A DNA stretch of 64,000 bases from a virus. Positions 35,951 through 50,200 of this stretch are shown here, one piece after another; within the stretch, counting starts at the first letter, position 1; every line of letters starts with the position of its first letter. The translations under genes and the position numbers were made by a program. The notes beneath the pieces are model-generated. The model was given only the letters and a program-made list of their open reading frames with translations, ran no database searches and had not been told where the DNA came from. The stretch lies in the IMG/VR virus record IMGVR_UViG_3300035204_001027, positions 31,512-95,511 of that record; one strand, given 5' to 3'.

Positions 35951-38887
35951 ATGACTGGAATAAACCAAAACGTAGTAATAGATGTAACTCTTGGTAATCC
36001 TAGCGCGGACCCAAAGGTAACAGAAGTTTTTTTTCCAACAATCCAAGGTCAAGGACTAGTTGGCCCAACTGGTCCCACTGGTCCTAGAGGTTCTCAAGGC
36101 GCACGAGGACCCACGGGTCCAACTGGATTATTTGGTCCGACTGGATTTACGGGTCCTTCTGGTCCTCCGGGGGATACTTACATATCTTCATTTATTGTCG
36201 CTGGCGGAATGCAAGTTCCTGCTATAGGCGCTATCTTGAATTTACAGGTAGACACTAGCTTAGCTTTTACCCCGGGCCAACAAGCTATCGTTATAGCTGC
36301 TAGTATATCAGGAGGTAGTTTAACCTATGATGAAAATAATAAATTCGTAGCAGAAGTTCAAGACTATAGTCCAACAACGGGCATTTTAAATTTAAAAACC
36401 ATAGGCAGAACCGTCGATGGTCAGGAAGGCTCCTCTGTGGGGGGTACTATATTTACTAATTGGATAACAAATCTAAGAGCCTCTGCCGCGCGAAAAGGAG
36501 CGACAGGAGCAGCCGGAGAAACAGGCCCAATTGGAAACACTGGTCCTCAAGGACTACAAGGGATTACGGGGGCGACGGGCATAACTGGCCCACAAGGAGT
36601 TACTGGACCCGGTGGAGGAGAAAAGGGCGATGATGGAGCAATGGGGCCTACGGGACCCACTGGACCTATTGGAGCAACTGGAGAAGTTGGTCCAGAAGGC
36701 CCAACTGGAGATTCTGGTCCTGCTGGTCCCGCTGGAGACGTAGGACCTACGGGGCTTCCAAATGGCCCACAAGGGCCACAAGGACCAGCTGGCCCCATAG
36801 GCGCTGCAGGAGCACAAGGACCAGTAGGCCCAACTGGAGAAATTGGCCCCGTGGGACCTCAAGGTGTCGCTGGGCCCGCTGGATCAACGGGTCCTATCGG
36901 ACCAGTAGGACCCCAAGGAATTGTGGGGCCAACAGGTGCAACGGGTTTTACTGGGCTTACTGGGGGGCTTGGACCGACAGGACTAGCGGGCCCTATAGGA
37001 GCGACTGGACCGCAAGGAGGAGTAGGGCCAACTGGTTCTACAGGAAACGTAGGCCCAATAGGTCCAACGGGACCACAAGGCCCCACAGGAGTCCAAGGAG
37101 AGGTGTATACGGCCGTTTCTACCACAAACATAGATGTTCCATCCGTGGGCCAGACAAGGACGATAAGGCTGCAAACAGGAACATATAATAATAAGCTCCA
37201 GCACGCAGACAAACTTACATACAGTAGAGGCCAAAGATTAAAAATTTATGCCGCAGCAGGAGATTATTTTGTTGCAGATATTGATACGATCACAAATCAA
37301 TTTTCTACTACCCCATATTATATAGATCTAAGTTTAACTTGTGTTTCTAGTACGAGTACCGGAAGCTACTTCTCGCTTTGGGATGTAAATTTAGAGGGAG
37401 TAAAAGGGAAACAGGGCCACACTGGGCCAATAGGACCCATTGGTCCTTTGGGGGTAACTGGACCCATTGGAGGAACTGGTCCAACTGGTCCTCAGGGTAA
37501 TGTAGGACCAATAGGATTAGCGGGTCCAACTGGCTCTCAAGGAACTACGGGTCCAGTAGGTCCAACTGGCCCTCAAGGAGGTATAGGTCCTACCGGAATA
37601 TCTCATCCTGAAAGATTATTTGCTAACTCTTCGTACGCATCTAATATAACATCTGTATTTTCCGCCGCACAAAGAATTAATGGAACAGATACCGCTTCCA
37701 ATTATCTAGATTTAACTTCAACTCAACCCACTTCTCAAACAGTTAGAAGGAATATAGGTAATTTAGGAAAATATTTCGAAATAGGATCCGATGCTAGCTT
37801 TTCAAGCGTGCTTTATGATTCGAGACAAAATTTGACAATAAACGGAGATAGCATTGGTGCGAATTTAAATTTCGGGATAACTTATTTTATAAGAATCAAT
37901 GGAAGGTCAATAGCTAATAATAGTTTTCAGTTTAATTTAACTTCCAGAACCCCTTCCGAAAAAACTTCTGGAGGCAGTCCTGTAAGAATTTCTGTTAATT
38001 CTAATCCAGTAGATGCAGTTTATGTTCCATCTATAGATAAAATTTATGTTTCCACTTTGGGAGGCTCACCTAATATAGAGGTTATAGACCCCCAAACAGA
38101 GACCTTATCTTCTACGATATCGAGCAATATACCATCTAATCCCCAAGGTATGGCTTATTGTCCCTCTACTGATAAAGTCTTTGTGTCTAGTTCTTCTGGT
38201 AGCACTGTATTCACCATAAACCCTTCTACGTCCGCCGTGACAGCAAGTATAGCTGTGCAAAACGCTCCGTTTGGAATAATTTACTCACCAATAAATGATA
38301 GAATATATGTTACAAATAAGGGTTCCGACACTGTGAGTGTTATAGATCCTTCTACATCTGCTGTGGTCGCAACTTTTTCGGTTGGTGTATCTCCGAGAGG
38401 AATTGAATACTGTCCGACGAACAATAAGATTTATGTAGTCAACTATCAGTCAGGATCTCTATCCATAATAGATCCATTATTGAACAAGGTTATCAAAACT
38501 ATTCAACTCACTAATTGGCCTACTGATGTTTTATATTGCCCGTCTAATGACAGAATATATATAACTCATTTTTCGCCAACGAGTGTTTATGTAATTAATC
38601 CTCATTCAGATAGTATAAGTTATTTCACCGGAGGATTGGGAGCGAACCCAGTGAATTTGTCATATAATCCGAATCTAGACAGAGTCTACGTTAGTAATTA
38701 TGGAGGGAATAGCGTTAGTTTAATAAATCCAAGATCTGGTTGGCATACTAATCCAAGCTCCACCACAACCCCAGTGGTAACTTCTTTGGCTGTAGGTACT
38801 AATCCTAGGGGCATGGCATTTTCACCAAGTACCGACAGAATTTATCTTGTAAATCAGGTGTCAAATAATGTTTCAATTATAGAATAA
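35951..38887 (+). CDS. Collagen-like fibre with C-terminal YVTN/YncE beta-propeller
   Basis: Gly-X-Y tracts and repeats of P-G--Y-P--DRIYVTN---SVSVID. Confidence 0.87.
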   Translation: MTGINQNVVIDVTLGNPSADPKVTEVFFPTIQGQGLVGPTGPTGPRGSQGARGPTGPTGLFGPTGFTGPSGPPGDTYISSFIVAGGMQVPAIGAILNLQVDTSLAFTPGQQAIVIAASISGGSLTYDENNKFVAEVQDYSPTTGILNLKTIGRTVDGQEGSSVGGTIFTNWITNLRASAARKGATGAAGETGPIGNTGPQGLQGITGATGITGPQGVTGPGGGEKGDDGAMGPTGPTGPIGATGEVGPEGPTGDSGPAGPAGDVGPTGLPNGPQGPQGPAGPIGAAGAQGPVGPTGEIGPVGPQGVAGPAGSTGPIGPVGPQGIVGPTGATGFTGLTGGLGPTGLAGPIGATGPQGGVGPTGSTGNVGPIGPTGPQGPTGVQGEVYTAVSTTNIDVPSVGQTRTIRLQTGTYNNKLQHADKLTYSRGQRLKIYAAAGDYFVADIDTITNQFSTTPYYIDLSLTCVSSTSTGSYFSLWDVNLEGVKGKQGHTGPIGPIGPLGVTGPIGGTGPTGPQGNVGPIGLAGPTGSQGTTGPVGPTGPQGGIGPTGISHPERLFANSSYASNITSVFSAAQRINGTDTASNYLDLTSTQPTSQTVRRNIGNLGKYFEIGSDASFSSVLYDSRQNLTINGDSIGANLNFGITYFIRINGRSIANNSFQFNLTSRTPSEKTSGGSPVRISVNSNPVDAVYVPSIDKIYVSTLGGSPNIEVIDPQTETLSSTISSNIPSNPQGMAYCPSTDKVFVSSSSGSTVFTINPSTSAVTASIAVQNAPFGIIYSPINDRIYVTNKGSDTVSVIDPSTSAVVATFSVGVSPRGIEYCPTNNKIYVVNYQSGSLSIIDPLLNKVIKTIQLTNWPTDVLYCPSNDRIYITHFSPTSVYVINPHSDSISYFTGGLGANPVNLSYNPNLDRVYVSNYGGNSVSLINPRSGWHTNPSSTTTPVVTSLAVGTNPRGMAFSPSTDRIYLVNQVSNNVSIIE

Positions 38888-38888
38888 A

Positions 38889-39083
38889 ATGTATTTAAAA
38901 TTAGATAATAATTTCATTACAGTAATGAGCAAAGACCCCTTCGAGGGCTGTATAGAGGCTCCAGATCCTAGCGATGACGTTATCAAATGGTTTGCGGTAA
39001 ACAAGTACCTTTTCATAAATAATAAATATGAAATGAATCAGGGCTGGAACGAACCAATGATAATAAGTCCAGATGAGCTATAA
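38889..39083 (+). CDS. Small protein after fibre gene (possible chaperone)
   Basis: ORF track. The role is inferred from position. Confidence 0.55.
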   Translation: MYLKLDNNFITVMSKDPFEGCIEAPDPSDDVIKWFAVNKYLFINNKYEMNQGWNEPMIISPDEL

Positions 39084-42006
39084 CATACAGAGTGGGGTTA
39101 ATCTAAGCGTTAATACAGGAGAGTTTACTTCTAAATCAATTGTACAGACGCAGTATATACAACCTAATTTTAAAGTCGGTCCAACGGGGCCCATTGGTGA
39201 ACCGGGTACCGCAGAAGAAATGGTCGGTTGGACTGGTCATACTGGAGCGCAAGGAGTTACTGGGCCAGTAGGCATTACTGGGGGATACGGGAATAGATAC
39301 GCGGGGCGCACTGGAGCGGCCACAGGGAGCTCTTGGCCTCTTCCTTCTGCAGGCGATTTAATAGACCTATTAGTAGAAACTGGGTTATCATTTTTGCCCG
39401 GGTCTATAGCGCAAATTTCTTTTAAAACAACTAACTGGGGCTCAGCACAAGACGCTCCTCTTTACTATAAAGCTGAGGTGCTAGAATACGATAAATATAC
39501 TGGAGCTTTAAAAGTAAAAGTCCTTGCTACTCAGGGTAGTGACTTCGGTACAGCGAGAACAGATTTAGCAATCAATTTAGAAGGGGCGATAGGAAAAGCT
39601 GGACCCACGGGCGCTACAGGATTTATGCCTCCGGGGCCCGCTGGAGTAACAGGAATAATAGGGGTAACCGGCCCCATCGGCTTAGCTGGTCCAGTGGGAC
39701 CTATGGGGCCAGCCAAGGGTGAGACAGGTGATGATGGACCGTTTGGACCAACTGGTAATATAGGTGAAGTAGGGCCAATAGGAATTACAGGACCAACTGG
39801 CTCTGGCGTAACTGGAGATTCTGGCCCAATGGGTCCAACGGGACCTAAATATTCTGGACCTACCGGAAACACTGGGGCCACTGGTATAACAGGTCCTACG
39901 GGTGAAACAGGTTATACTGGTTGGGGAGGATTTAAGGGGGAGCCAAATTACACAATGGGGGCTCAAGGAATTACGGGGCCCACGGGAGCTTTTCCAACAG
40001 GACCTATTGGGCCAACTGGACCCGTAGGTTCCGTTGGTCCGACTGGTATCATGCCGCAAGGGCCAGATGGTGAAACTGGGGCAATCGGTCCAACTGGAGA
40101 CATTGGTCCCACCGGAATAATCGGATTGGCTGGTTTTCAGGGAGCTTCTAACAACACGACTGGAAACACGGGAGCTACTGGAGCAACTGGTTTAGGGGGA
40201 GATTTTTATAGATGCTTTTTTAATACTAGTAATCACGAAACAATTCCAAACGTTTCTAGTAATGCGAATTATCAATTAAGCGGTCACATGTCCTTCTCAG
40301 AAGGGCAAAATGTTATGGTTGCTAATGATGCTAGGGACTCCAATGGGGTTCTTTCTGGGTACGCTCACAGATTCGTCGGAGAAATACAATCTTATAATAA
40401 ATCAAATGGAGACATAACATTAAAATGTATATCTACTGTGCCCGCTGCAGGATTTCAAAACGTATCTTTTAAAGATTGGGTCATTGGATTATATAATTCT
40501 CGTGGAGAAACGGGAGACATAGGCCCCACAGGGTTAACTGGACCAATCGGATTAACGGGACCGATTGGGCTGACAGGAATCACCGGTGGAGCTACTGGAT
40601 CAGGAGGGGTGACTGGGCCTATAGGGAATACTGGTCCTACTGGAGAAACTAATTCTTTAGTAGGATTAGCTGGGGCGACAGGCCCAATTGGAAATACTGG
40701 TCCTACTGGATTTAGTTTAAACCCCTATAGGAAAAGCGATTATATAGAAAAATTAGTTTCAAAAACCAGCGAGAGCCAACAACTTAGTGGAGCTTTAGAT
40801 GTATCTAATTATATTATTTTAAATAGCTTTCAACCTACACAGCAGTCATTTAGAAGGGGTTTGGCTAATGACGGAACTTATTTTGAAATAGCAACTGATA
40901 CAAATTTTTCAAATATTGTGGTTGATTCTAGAAAGGCTGAATGTCAAAACGAGCATTTTTTCTCAGAAGATATTAACTTTGATACGACTTATTATGTCAG
41001 AATAGATGGCGGCACGCTGGGGTATACATTTAATGATAATTCCTTTAAGTTTGTTAAGAGTTCAGAAACTCCCGTGGTTGTTAATAATCCGGCTCCAGTG
41101 AACTCTCCTTATAATATGGCTTATTCTTTGGCTGATGAAAAAATTTATATTACATCAAAAGATGATAAGAAAATCGCAGTATTCAATACGGACATTACCG
41201 TTGAGGGGTATTACGCTGGGGGGAGTATAGAGAAAAATATCGAGCTAGAAGGTACTGGGGCAACAGATATTGTCTATTGCCCCTCTAACGAATCTCTTTA
41301 TGTTACTAATTTTGATTCTAATGACGTTAGCGTTTTGAGGGGTAACCCCGTGGGTGAAGACAAAAGGGTAAGCGTTGGAGTCAATCCCGTTGGAGCCGTT
41401 TACTCTCCTAGGCATGATAGGATTTACGTTATAAATAGTGGAGAAAATTCAATTAACGTAATTAATCCAGAGAACTTTGATCAGTCCACTAAGATTATGC
41501 CAAACGGGTATCTAAGCGGCTGTAATTATGGAGCATTTTGCCCTTCAAATGATAAGCTTTATATAACTAATCCGCTAAATACTAATTTAACTTGTTTAAA
41601 CACAATTACGGAAGATGTTCAACTAATTCCTATTCCAGCGAAATCAGATAAAGCCCTTTATTGCCCATTTAACAACAGAATATATGTTACTCACTCTCAT
41701 GATAGTATAATAAGTGTAATTAATCCACAGGAGAATGTAGTTGAAAAGGTTATTAATAGTGGAGTGGGACAAGGAGTGCATGGGATTGCGTATTCGCCAG
41801 TAATTAATAAAATATTGGTTACCAATCACAAAAACGACACCAATTCTCAAGGTTCTGTTTCTGTATTAGATCCTCAAACTAATACGTTTTCTGATACAAT
41901 GGCGGTGGATACATACCCAACTGACGTAATATATAATTTAAAAAATGGAATGATGTATGTTTCCAATTATAGTGCTGAAAATGTGTGGTTTATTAAAAAT
42001 TTGTAG
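39073..42006 (+). CDS. Collagen-like fibre with YVTN beta-propeller (paralog of 35951-38887)
   Basis: Same architecture and nearly the same length (977 vs 978 aa). Confidence 0.87.
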   Translation: MSYNIQSGVNLSVNTGEFTSKSIVQTQYIQPNFKVGPTGPIGEPGTAEEMVGWTGHTGAQGVTGPVGITGGYGNRYAGRTGAATGSSWPLPSAGDLIDLLVETGLSFLPGSIAQISFKTTNWGSAQDAPLYYKAEVLEYDKYTGALKVKVLATQGSDFGTARTDLAINLEGAIGKAGPTGATGFMPPGPAGVTGIIGVTGPIGLAGPVGPMGPAKGETGDDGPFGPTGNIGEVGPIGITGPTGSGVTGDSGPMGPTGPKYSGPTGNTGATGITGPTGETGYTGWGGFKGEPNYTMGAQGITGPTGAFPTGPIGPTGPVGSVGPTGIMPQGPDGETGAIGPTGDIGPTGIIGLAGFQGASNNTTGNTGATGATGLGGDFYRCFFNTSNHETIPNVSSNANYQLSGHMSFSEGQNVMVANDARDSNGVLSGYAHRFVGEIQSYNKSNGDITLKCISTVPAAGFQNVSFKDWVIGLYNSRGETGDIGPTGLTGPIGLTGPIGLTGITGGATGSGGVTGPIGNTGPTGETNSLVGLAGATGPIGNTGPTGFSLNPYRKSDYIEKLVSKTSESQQLSGALDVSNYIILNSFQPTQQSFRRGLANDGTYFEIATDTNFSNIVVDSRKAECQNEHFFSEDINFDTTYYVRIDGGTLGYTFNDNSFKFVKSSETPVVVNNPAPVNSPYNMAYSLADEKIYITSKDDKKIAVFNTDITVEGYYAGGSIEKNIELEGTGATDIVYCPSNESLYVTNFDSNDVSVLRGNPVGEDKRVSVGVNPVGAVYSPRHDRIYVINSGENSINVINPENFDQSTKIMPNGYLSGCNYGAFCPSNDKLYITNPLNTNLTCLNTITEDVQLIPIPAKSDKALYCPFNNRIYVTHSHDSIISVINPQENVVEKVINSGVGQGVHGIAYSPVINKILVTNHKNDTNSQGSVSVLDPQTNTFSDTMAVDTYPTDVIYNLKNGMMYVSNYSAENVWFIKNL

Positions 42007-42020
42007 TATAATATAAAAAT

Positions 42021-43709
42021 ATGAGCGTTGTAGCAACAAAATTAAATTATTCGATGTTGGCTGGTAAATACATCTTACCCACCACAGGTATCATTACTGG
42101 TGCCAACGGTTTTAATGCTAATGATAAAATCGTAATAGACAAAGACTTAAATACAAAAGAAGAGAATCATGTAAAAGCTATTTATGGAAATAAATTATTA
42201 TTAAATCACCCCTTAAAATATTCGCATGATTATTCAGGAGTAGTAACGAATAGGTTTCAGGGTGCAAACGAAATCACTGAATTTCAGAACCCAAACACCC
42301 CTAGCCTTAATTTACCAAGAACGAAAAGGAAGCCGCTTTCCGCAGTTGACCAAAATACTGGTTCTATACTTGTAACCTCCAGCACAGCAAGCTCTAGAAA
42401 TTTAGTACACCAAACAGAAAACGGAGATTCAGATTATGAAGAGATATGGCTGTGGGCTTACAATGATGACGAAAATGATGTAGACTTGACTATAGAATTT
42501 GGAGGATTATCTTGGGCAGCAAATTCCGGACAGCCAATTAACTATAGGAATGATAGCGTTTTAAAATTCAAAGTCCCGAGTAGGAAAGGTTTGTATAAAA
42601 TCTTCGCGGGTTTTATTTTGCAAAATTCACTTAGAATTACGGCTTATTCTAGCGCGGCAAATAAAGTGGTTTTACATGGGTATGTAAATAAAATCATACA
42701 ATCTGATTTGAACTCTCCAATTGGACAAAGCCCAATTAAATTAAGTGATTCAATAATTGGCTGGGGGGAGAATTTTTACGGTCAAGCATCTGTCCCGGGA
42801 TCTCTTTCTTTTACAAAAGAAAAAACAGTAAAACATATAGCGGCTGGATATAATAATTCTTTCGCTGTTCTTGGCGATGACAATATTTCTGGATGGGGCA
42901 CGAATGTAAATAATCAACTTGACATTCCTGATATATTTCAAACCAAGGCTTCTACGACTACGGCCATACATTCTATAGAAAAAATATCCATTGGATCTAA
43001 GCATGTTATAGCTTTATATAAAGATGCAAATCAAAATTCATATATACGTAGTTGGGGATACTATGGAGAAAATACTGTACCTTTAAATTTAGGCACCGTT
43101 GTAGATATAGCTGCTGGAGCAGAACATAGTCTAGCATTAGCGAGTAATGGGAGCGTAGTTGGATGGGGTAAGAATGATCATGGTCAAGCGCTAGGTGTTG
43201 CTAGTTCTGGGCTAATGACGGGTACCCTTGGCGGCAACGTAAGCGGCTCAGGTGGGGAACTTCTTCAAGACGTAACCGCTTTGTCAGCCGGATCTAGTCA
43301 TAGTTTAGCTTTAAGGTCTAATTCTGGAGTGGTCGCTTGGGGGAGCAATTGGGGAGATCAGTGCTCTGTTCCTTCTAGCGCTACGGGAGTAATTCAAATA
43401 GCTGCAGGATTTAATCATTCTTTAGCTTTGAGATCAGATGGTGCAGTGGTTAGTTGGGGGGATGATACTTACGATCAGTGCACAATTCCTTCTGGAATAT
43501 CTATTGCAAATACAGGGGTAATAGGGATTGCGGCCGCAGGGAATACTAGTATGGCTTGGAAGAATGATGGACAAATTATTGTTTGGGGTAAATCAACTAA
43601 GCTTATTAATGCTCCAAATTTTAAATTAAAATCTGTTTATTGTGGAGCGGAGCACGCGATAGCTACGGATATATCTGAATTATCAATAAATGGAAAACCG
43701 GTAATATAA
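42021..43709 (+). CDS. RCC1-repeat virion protein with 'EIWLW' module
   Basis: RCC1-type repeats in the C-terminal half. Confidence 0.8.
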   Translation: MSVVATKLNYSMLAGKYILPTTGIITGANGFNANDKIVIDKDLNTKEENHVKAIYGNKLLLNHPLKYSHDYSGVVTNRFQGANEITEFQNPNTPSLNLPRTKRKPLSAVDQNTGSILVTSSTASSRNLVHQTENGDSDYEEIWLWAYNDDENDVDLTIEFGGLSWAANSGQPINYRNDSVLKFKVPSRKGLYKIFAGFILQNSLRITAYSSAANKVVLHGYVNKIIQSDLNSPIGQSPIKLSDSIIGWGENFYGQASVPGSLSFTKEKTVKHIAAGYNNSFAVLGDDNISGWGTNVNNQLDIPDIFQTKASTTTAIHSIEKISIGSKHVIALYKDANQNSYIRSWGYYGENTVPLNLGTVVDIAAGAEHSLALASNGSVVGWGKNDHGQALGVASSGLMTGTLGGNVSGSGGELLQDVTALSAGSSHSLALRSNSGVVAWGSNWGDQCSVPSSATGVIQIAAGFNHSLALRSDGAVVSWGDDTYDQCTIPSGISIANTGVIGIAAAGNTSMAWKNDGQIIVWGKSTKLINAPNFKLKSVYCGAEHAIATDISELSINGKPVI

Positions 43710-43720
43710 GGAATTAGAAT

Positions 43721-45385
43721 ATGGCAGAACCAATTACATTTAGTTATTCTACTGGGGGAGAGTATAAAGATCTTAATATAATCGAGAGCATAACTCCTTC
43801 GCCCTTTGTTATAACGTGTCATTATGATCACAATTTAAAAACGGGTAACGCTATCAAAATAGGTACATCATCGACAACATATTATATAAGAAAATTAACT
43901 TCAAAGGATTTTTCAATACATGCAACGGCCGCGGACGCCTCGACAAATCAAACGGGAGTTACTGAGGCCCAAGCAGCAGCTGGTAAAGATATTTTCGTTT
44001 TAGTTAAGAGCTCTAAGTCTAATTCAATTAAAACAGTAGAAAATAGTTTAATAGAAACAGATGGTTGGCATGGGTTTACTACGGGTGATAAAATTAAATT
44101 TGAAATTAGTTCTCTCAATAAGAAAAAAACTGCTGCAGTAAAAATATTAAACGGAGGAGATAATTTTACTATTTCTCCCACTGTAACAATATCCGCTCCT
44201 TCAGAATCTTCTTCCTCTTCCGTTTTAGCTACAGCTATTGCTTTAATTGATTCCAATGGGGTTATTAAAAAGATTGTAGTAACAAATCCGGGATCAGGGT
44301 ATTCTTCTGCTCCAACTATATCTTTATCAAATTTAAGCTTCTCCGTTAAAAGCGTGGCGGTAACTAACCAAGGTAGTGGGTACATAACTGCTCCTTTAGT
44401 TAGATTTATTGGTGGCGGCGGTAGTGGAGCAGAGGCTGTGGTAGCCCTAGACGGAATGAGTGGTTCGTGGCATGTTGAATCTATAACCTTGACAAAAGCG
44501 GGAACTGGATATTCTTCTACCCCGACTGTAAAATTAGTGGGAGGTGGCGTGGATCAACTATCAAGTTTAAGTTTAATAAATAAGGGGTCAGGATACACTT
44601 CTGCTCCCACTATATCTTTTAATGGTGGAGGCGGCGCAGGAGCATCAGCTACAGCCTCCATTCAAGAAACCGTGCAAACAGGAACAGACTGGCAAGGTAA
44701 TCCTACTTATGGAACAGTAACGAGGGATTATGTTACCTCCATAACCCTCACTAATGCAGGTAGTGGGTATAGTACGCCTCCTGCTGTGGTATTTTCTGGA
44801 GGAGGCGGATCGAATGCTACTGCTACGGTTGACCTAGCAGGCTTAAATCCAAATGGAACTAGCGCCACGGCGACAGCAACAATTTCTAGTTCTACAGCTG
44901 ATCTACAGGGTACTTCAACGGGAACATTGGGGACATTGGAGAATGAACTCGTTGACGAAATAAGCTTAAATCATGTTTATTTTATAAGAAAGCTTTCTAA
45001 CTCTACTGTGACGATTCATAGGAGTCAAGCGGACGCTACAAATAATGTAAAAGCTTTAGATTTTGGTACAGATAACGTTTTTAGTCAAATAGCTATAACT
45101 AAATTGATAAATGATTCAGAACAAAGCGCTTCCACTGCGCCTCCAGTAATTAATCAAACAACTTTGGCTCATTCGGTTTTGGCTGGAAGCGTAACTCTAC
45201 CAGTAGAAAACTCTAACGGGTTTGAATCAGGAAAAAATATAATAATAGATGAAAATGATTGTCAAGAAGAAACTAATACAATTTTAAGAGCGACAACGAG
45301 TTATCTTGTCCTAACTAAGGGGTTGTCGTTCCCTCATGAAAAGGGACATAATGTTCGCCTAGTCCTAGCTAACGAACAAACATAA
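43721..45385 (+). CDS. Virion structural protein with GSGY---P repeats
   Basis: Five N/K-xGxGYxxxPx(V/I) units, a repeat type typical of large-phage baseplate/tail proteins. Confidence 0.7.
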   Translation: MAEPITFSYSTGGEYKDLNIIESITPSPFVITCHYDHNLKTGNAIKIGTSSTTYYIRKLTSKDFSIHATAADASTNQTGVTEAQAAAGKDIFVLVKSSKSNSIKTVENSLIETDGWHGFTTGDKIKFEISSLNKKKTAAVKILNGGDNFTISPTVTISAPSESSSSSVLATAIALIDSNGVIKKIVVTNPGSGYSSAPTISLSNLSFSVKSVAVTNQGSGYITAPLVRFIGGGGSGAEAVVALDGMSGSWHVESITLTKAGTGYSSTPTVKLVGGGVDQLSSLSLINKGSGYTSAPTISFNGGGGAGASATASIQETVQTGTDWQGNPTYGTVTRDYVTSITLTNAGSGYSTPPAVVFSGGGGSNATATVDLAGLNPNGTSATATATISSSTADLQGTSTGTLGTLENELVDEISLNHVYFIRKLSNSTVTIHRSQADATNNVKALDFGTDNVFSQIAITKLINDSEQSASTAPPVINQTTLAHSVLAGSVTLPVENSNGFESGKNIIIDENDCQEETNTILRATTSYLVLTKGLSFPHEKGHNVRLVLANEQT

Positions 45386-45390
45386 ATGAT

Positions 45391-47163
45391 ATGTCTTCGC
45401 CACCTCAAAGAGTTATCGTTAGAAGTGACTCTTCTTCTAACTGGTACGCTAAAAATGAAATTTTGGCGCTTGGAGAACTAGGACTAGAATCAGACACGGA
45501 GAAAATAAAAGTCGGAGACGGAACTCGCTCTTGGCAATCTCTTCCTTACTTACAACAATCCGGAGCAACTGGCCCAAAGGGGATAGATGGGATAACTGGG
45601 CCCGCAGGAGATGCTTATTCCACTCAAGCGATTGGTTTACAAATGACTGTTCCTCATCCCGGGAGCACTGTCTTGCTGCAAGTCCCAAGTGGTCTAGCTT
45701 ATTCCCCGGGACAAAGAGTAATAGTTTCTTATGACGCATTGAATTATTTCGTTGCAGACATTTCTAATATAACCCATTATTCCAATATGTCTCACTTATA
45801 TGTTAATACATATAAAAGGGTAGTGCATGGTCTAGAGCATTCTCCTTATGTAAGTGAATCTTTTAGTCAGTGGCACATAAATTTATATTCTGCTCAGGCT
45901 GTTGGGGTTACTGGTCCCATAGGAGTAACTGGCCCAATTGGAGCAACAGGTCCGATAGGTGGACAAGGAGTCATAGGAGTAACTGGTATAATGGGTCTTC
46001 CGGGACCAGCAGGAATACAAGGGGTCCAAGGAACAACTGGCCCCATAGGAAGCGCGGGACCATTAGGACCCACAGGAGTAGCTGGGCCACAAGGTAATAT
46101 AGGACCCACAGGCTTAACGGGTCTACAAGGTAATATAGGTCCCACGGGTGTAACTGGGGCAGCCTCCACCGTTGCTGGGCCACAGGGGCCGCAAGGAAGC
46201 GTTGGGCCAACTGGGCCAACTGGTGTAACTGGAGCAGCCTCCACTGTTGCTGGGCCACAAGGCCCCCAAGGAATCACTGGCCCGACTGGGTCAACTGGTG
46301 CAGATTCGACTGTAGCTGGTCCTACTGGCCCTACTGGCATCACTGGCGGCATAGGTCCAACTGGTATAACTGGAGCACAAGGTGGTATAGGACCGACCGG
46401 ACCAAGCCAAGGCCCGACTGGACCAACAGGGGGCACGGGTGCCACGGGCATTTCTTCTGGCGGCGGGATGTTTTCTTTTCAATTTGAAAATTCAGAAGGG
46501 TCAAGCACTGACGATGAGCCTACTAATCTAGCGGCGTTTCAGGGGAAAATAAGAAAAAGTACCATATACGAGTATGATGCAAATAACTATATCTGTAAAG
46601 GGGCTTATAATGAACTTACTTCAGGTACGGCGGCCGCGGATACATATATATATTTAAGTAGATGGGATAGATATGGAAATGATTTAATGGGTGTTTTCGA
46701 AAACGGCTACTCGGGCGCGAATACCGATGAATGGTGGGACGGTTGGTTAAAAATACAGAGAGGAGAAAGATTTCTTATCTTCGAGGTCGGAGGGTGGCAG
46801 GACATGGGCAGCGTCGACTTGAGACAAAGATGGACTAAATTAGAAGATGGTAATAACAACACTATAGGTTATAAAATTTGGATAGGTGATTGGGACTCGA
46901 ACAATGCAGCGTGGACTACGTCACCCATGGTCCAAAGCTCCAATTTTGATACGCCTAACACAAATTGTAATCCCAACAGTACTCCGGTGGGGGCCGCAGA
47001 AATCTTAACCGTTACGTATGAATTCCGCGAAAGCGTAGGGTCATTTCTGCCAAATGCGCTACCAGATACAGGTAGTGGTGAAAAATATTTCTTAAAATTT
47101 AATCAGGGCGGCTCGATGTCCCTCAACAGTTGGGACATATCTTGGGTGCAAGATGATACTTAA
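45391..47163 (+). CDS. Mtd_N (tropism determinant N-terminal)-like domain + collagen fibre
   Basis: R-D---W---N-IL--GE-G-E-DT---K-GDG---W--LPY followed by Gly-X-Y tracts. Confidence 0.82.
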   Translation: MSSPPQRVIVRSDSSSNWYAKNEILALGELGLESDTEKIKVGDGTRSWQSLPYLQQSGATGPKGIDGITGPAGDAYSTQAIGLQMTVPHPGSTVLLQVPSGLAYSPGQRVIVSYDALNYFVADISNITHYSNMSHLYVNTYKRVVHGLEHSPYVSESFSQWHINLYSAQAVGVTGPIGVTGPIGATGPIGGQGVIGVTGIMGLPGPAGIQGVQGTTGPIGSAGPLGPTGVAGPQGNIGPTGLTGLQGNIGPTGVTGAASTVAGPQGPQGSVGPTGPTGVTGAASTVAGPQGPQGITGPTGSTGADSTVAGPTGPTGITGGIGPTGITGAQGGIGPTGPSQGPTGPTGGTGATGISSGGGMFSFQFENSEGSSTDDEPTNLAAFQGKIRKSTIYEYDANNYICKGAYNELTSGTAAADTYIYLSRWDRYGNDLMGVFENGYSGANTDEWWDGWLKIQRGERFLIFEVGGWQDMGSVDLRQRWTKLEDGNNNTIGYKIWIGDWDSNNAAWTTSPMVQSSNFDTPNTNCNPNSTPVGAAEILTVTYEFRESVGSFLPNALPDTGSGEKYFLKFNQGGSMSLNSWDISWVQDDT

Positions 47164-47220
47164 TAATTAAGGTTGGGAAAGAGACGAAAAGTGTAATATA
47201 ATAAAAGGTATAAGGAATAA

Positions 47221-50200
47221 ATGGCTTATTTAAATAAATTAAAATTAAGTGAATCTGCTTTCGGTAGGGGCATTAAGATTGGTGCTACTCATGGGGATTT
47301 TGATACCCTTATTCATAGTGTAAATTGCGAAGAAAAGGATGTACAAGAATTATGGGTCTGGGCTCATAATGAGTCTACTTCTTCAATCGATATATATCTT
47401 TGCCTGTACAAGCCCGACTCTAATGAAAAAACTTCTTACAAAGTATCTATTCCGCCGGGGCTAGAAAATTCTCCCACCTTAGTTTCTCCGGGGTTGGTAA
47501 TAAAAAATGGATCAAAAGTCAAAGCTTATACTTCTGTTTCGGATACTATAACTATATACGGTTATGTGAATCAACTGAATCAAACGACAATTTTAGCTGA
47601 GCTAAAAGGGTTTGGCTCTAACGCCTTTGGAGAATCAACTCATCCTTCCATTGGAGGGAAAAATCATGAAATTTTATTTAATAAAAACGGAGAAACAATA
47701 GCATGTGGAAATCAATGGAACTTGGCAGTTAGACCTAATGGAAGCATTTTTTCTTGGGGGGCTGGTAATATAGTTAACCAATTATTGTTAACGGGAGACA
47801 ATTCTCCTTGGAAAAATAATGTAGATGTTTATGGAACGAATGATTCCACTATTGTTGCTAGTAATGGAATTCCACCTCACGATACTCCTTATAAAAATTT
47901 AAACGCAACAAATCCCGGAGGTAATCCAAATAAGGCTTACGCTCAAGATCATTATTTTATTTTACCCAAAACGCCAGAGGTCACAGGATATGGGATACAA
48001 ACCCCAAGAGGGAATGTGGGTGTTGCTATAGACGGCATTCCATTTGATACACGAACAGCAGAAACATGGAGCGGCATGCATCAATGGGAGGAAGTTGGCG
48101 GGCCAAATGATCTAGGCATAGATTCTTGCGGTGGCCATACGCAACCCAATGGTAAATATCATTACCATATAAATCCGAAGTGCCTTTACTCTGTAAATAC
48201 AGGTTCGCATTCACCAATTATAGGATACGCATTCGATGGTTTACCAATATATGGACCTATTGGGTATACTGAAGCCAATAACACGGGAAGCGGGGTTTCC
48301 GTTATGGAGAGCAGTTACCGATTGAAGCAAGGAAATAGACCTTCTGGTAGTGGAATAGGCCCCGGAGGAGTTTACGATGGAAAATACGTTGCAGATTATG
48401 AGTATGTAACCGGTTTAGGAACCTTGGATAAAGCGAATGCTAGATTTGCAATCACTCCTGAGCATCCTACTGGCTCTTGGCATTATCACACAACAGTAAC
48501 AGGAATAACTTCTCAAAATACTCATGGAATATCAGTTTATCCATTTGTTGTGGGTCCGATGTTTAAAGGAACAGTAAAAGCCTGTAGTATTTCTGGCGTC
48601 TGTGACAGACCTGTGGTTTTCCCTCCAAAAGCACTTAGTAACATTTCTCAAATAGAAGTGGGCGAAAATCATGCAATTGCATTAAAAAGTGATGGGGGTA
48701 TTGTAACTTGGGGAGATAATACCTACGGCCAATGCCAACAACCGACCCAATTAAGCAACGGCGTAACTAAAATTTCTGCGGGCGCAGATCATAGTATGGC
48801 CATTCAAGCTGGCAAGATAATTTCTTGGGGAAGAAATGACTTGGGCCAAGTAGATGGAGTGGCTGCTCCCAGACTAGTCTCTGGGGTAATAATGACTAAT
48901 TCTGGTTCGAATTATTCTTTGCCCCCTTCTGTTAGTATCGATGGCGGTGGCGGAGAAGGGGCTGCTGGCACAGCCGTTCTGGCTGGCAGAGCTCTTGCTA
49001 GCGTATCTTTAGTTACTGGTGGCTCTGATTATACACAGGCTCCGACTATATTGTTCGAGGGAGGCGGAGGCCAAGGAGCTTCTGGGGTAGCTACTTTAAC
49101 TAGTAGTTCAGAAAATCCAGCATTGGGATATGTATCTAATGTAACTTTGACTAATTCTGGTAGTGGATATACTTCTGCTCCAATAGTAAGATTTATAGAT
49201 GATAGTTCTGCGTGTTTAACGCAAGCGGTTTGTGGGACTGGTGCTTCGGGCATAGTTAATCTAGACGTCACTTCTGTTTCTGGAGTTTTAATAACTAATG
49301 CGGGAAATGGGTATTCCACTGCGCCTAGTATACTTTTAACCAATGATGGTGAAGATAATACGGGGGGTGATGCGGCTGGAACAGTGGTTATTAGCGGAGT
49401 AGAAACTGGATTAGCTTATCCACTATCAATGGGTGGAGCAGAGATCTCTGGCGCAACTCATTTATCAGCAGGAGTAAAACATTCTCTAGCTATCGTTAAT
49501 AATGCTCAAGGTAATAAAGTTTTTTCTTCTTGGGGGGATAATACCCATGGTCAAATTAATGCTCCTAATTTATTAAATGGAGTTGAAACACCAAAAGATA
49601 TCAAAGCTGGAGGCTATCATGGCATAGCTATAGTATACAACAATTCAGAAAATCAGAATTATGCCACAGCATGGGGAGGTCAAGGGACTCAGAATTATGA
49701 TCAAGCTAGCGTTCCAGTCTATGCCAAATTAGGAACAACTAATATCATAGGCGATAAAAATTTACAAATAGCCGCGGGTTCTCAACATAGTCTTATTTTA
49801 AATCCAGACGGAACTATAAGTGGATTTGGAAACAATGGAGATGGAAGGTCTACTGGGGGAGCATCATTCGTGGGAGTGAACTCTGTTATCGCTGGACCAA
49901 TGTCTCAACATTCATTTTCTACTATAAACGACGTCTCAAGCAAGCAATGTTTACTCCGTTCTTCTGGGGGCGCAGCTATATCTGTAGATAAAGAAGTATT
50001 TGATTGGAAAACTTGCGCCGACAAAACTCACATCCATAGGACAAGTGATAACCCCAATGGAGTAGAGGAACTTTGGTTGTGGGCATATAATACTAGTTCG
50101 ACTAGTGGAACTCTGGAATTATATTTGGAGCCAAAAGAAGTTTCTACTGTCACAGGAATTTCTATGATCGATGGGGGCGCTGGGTATACAGCTAATCCGA

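Noticed and set aside
45391-47163. Diversity-generating retroelement suggested by the Mtd_N-like domain
   Set aside because: There is no reverse transcriptase, and the one long near-repeat found (19766/60220) does not differ only at adenines.
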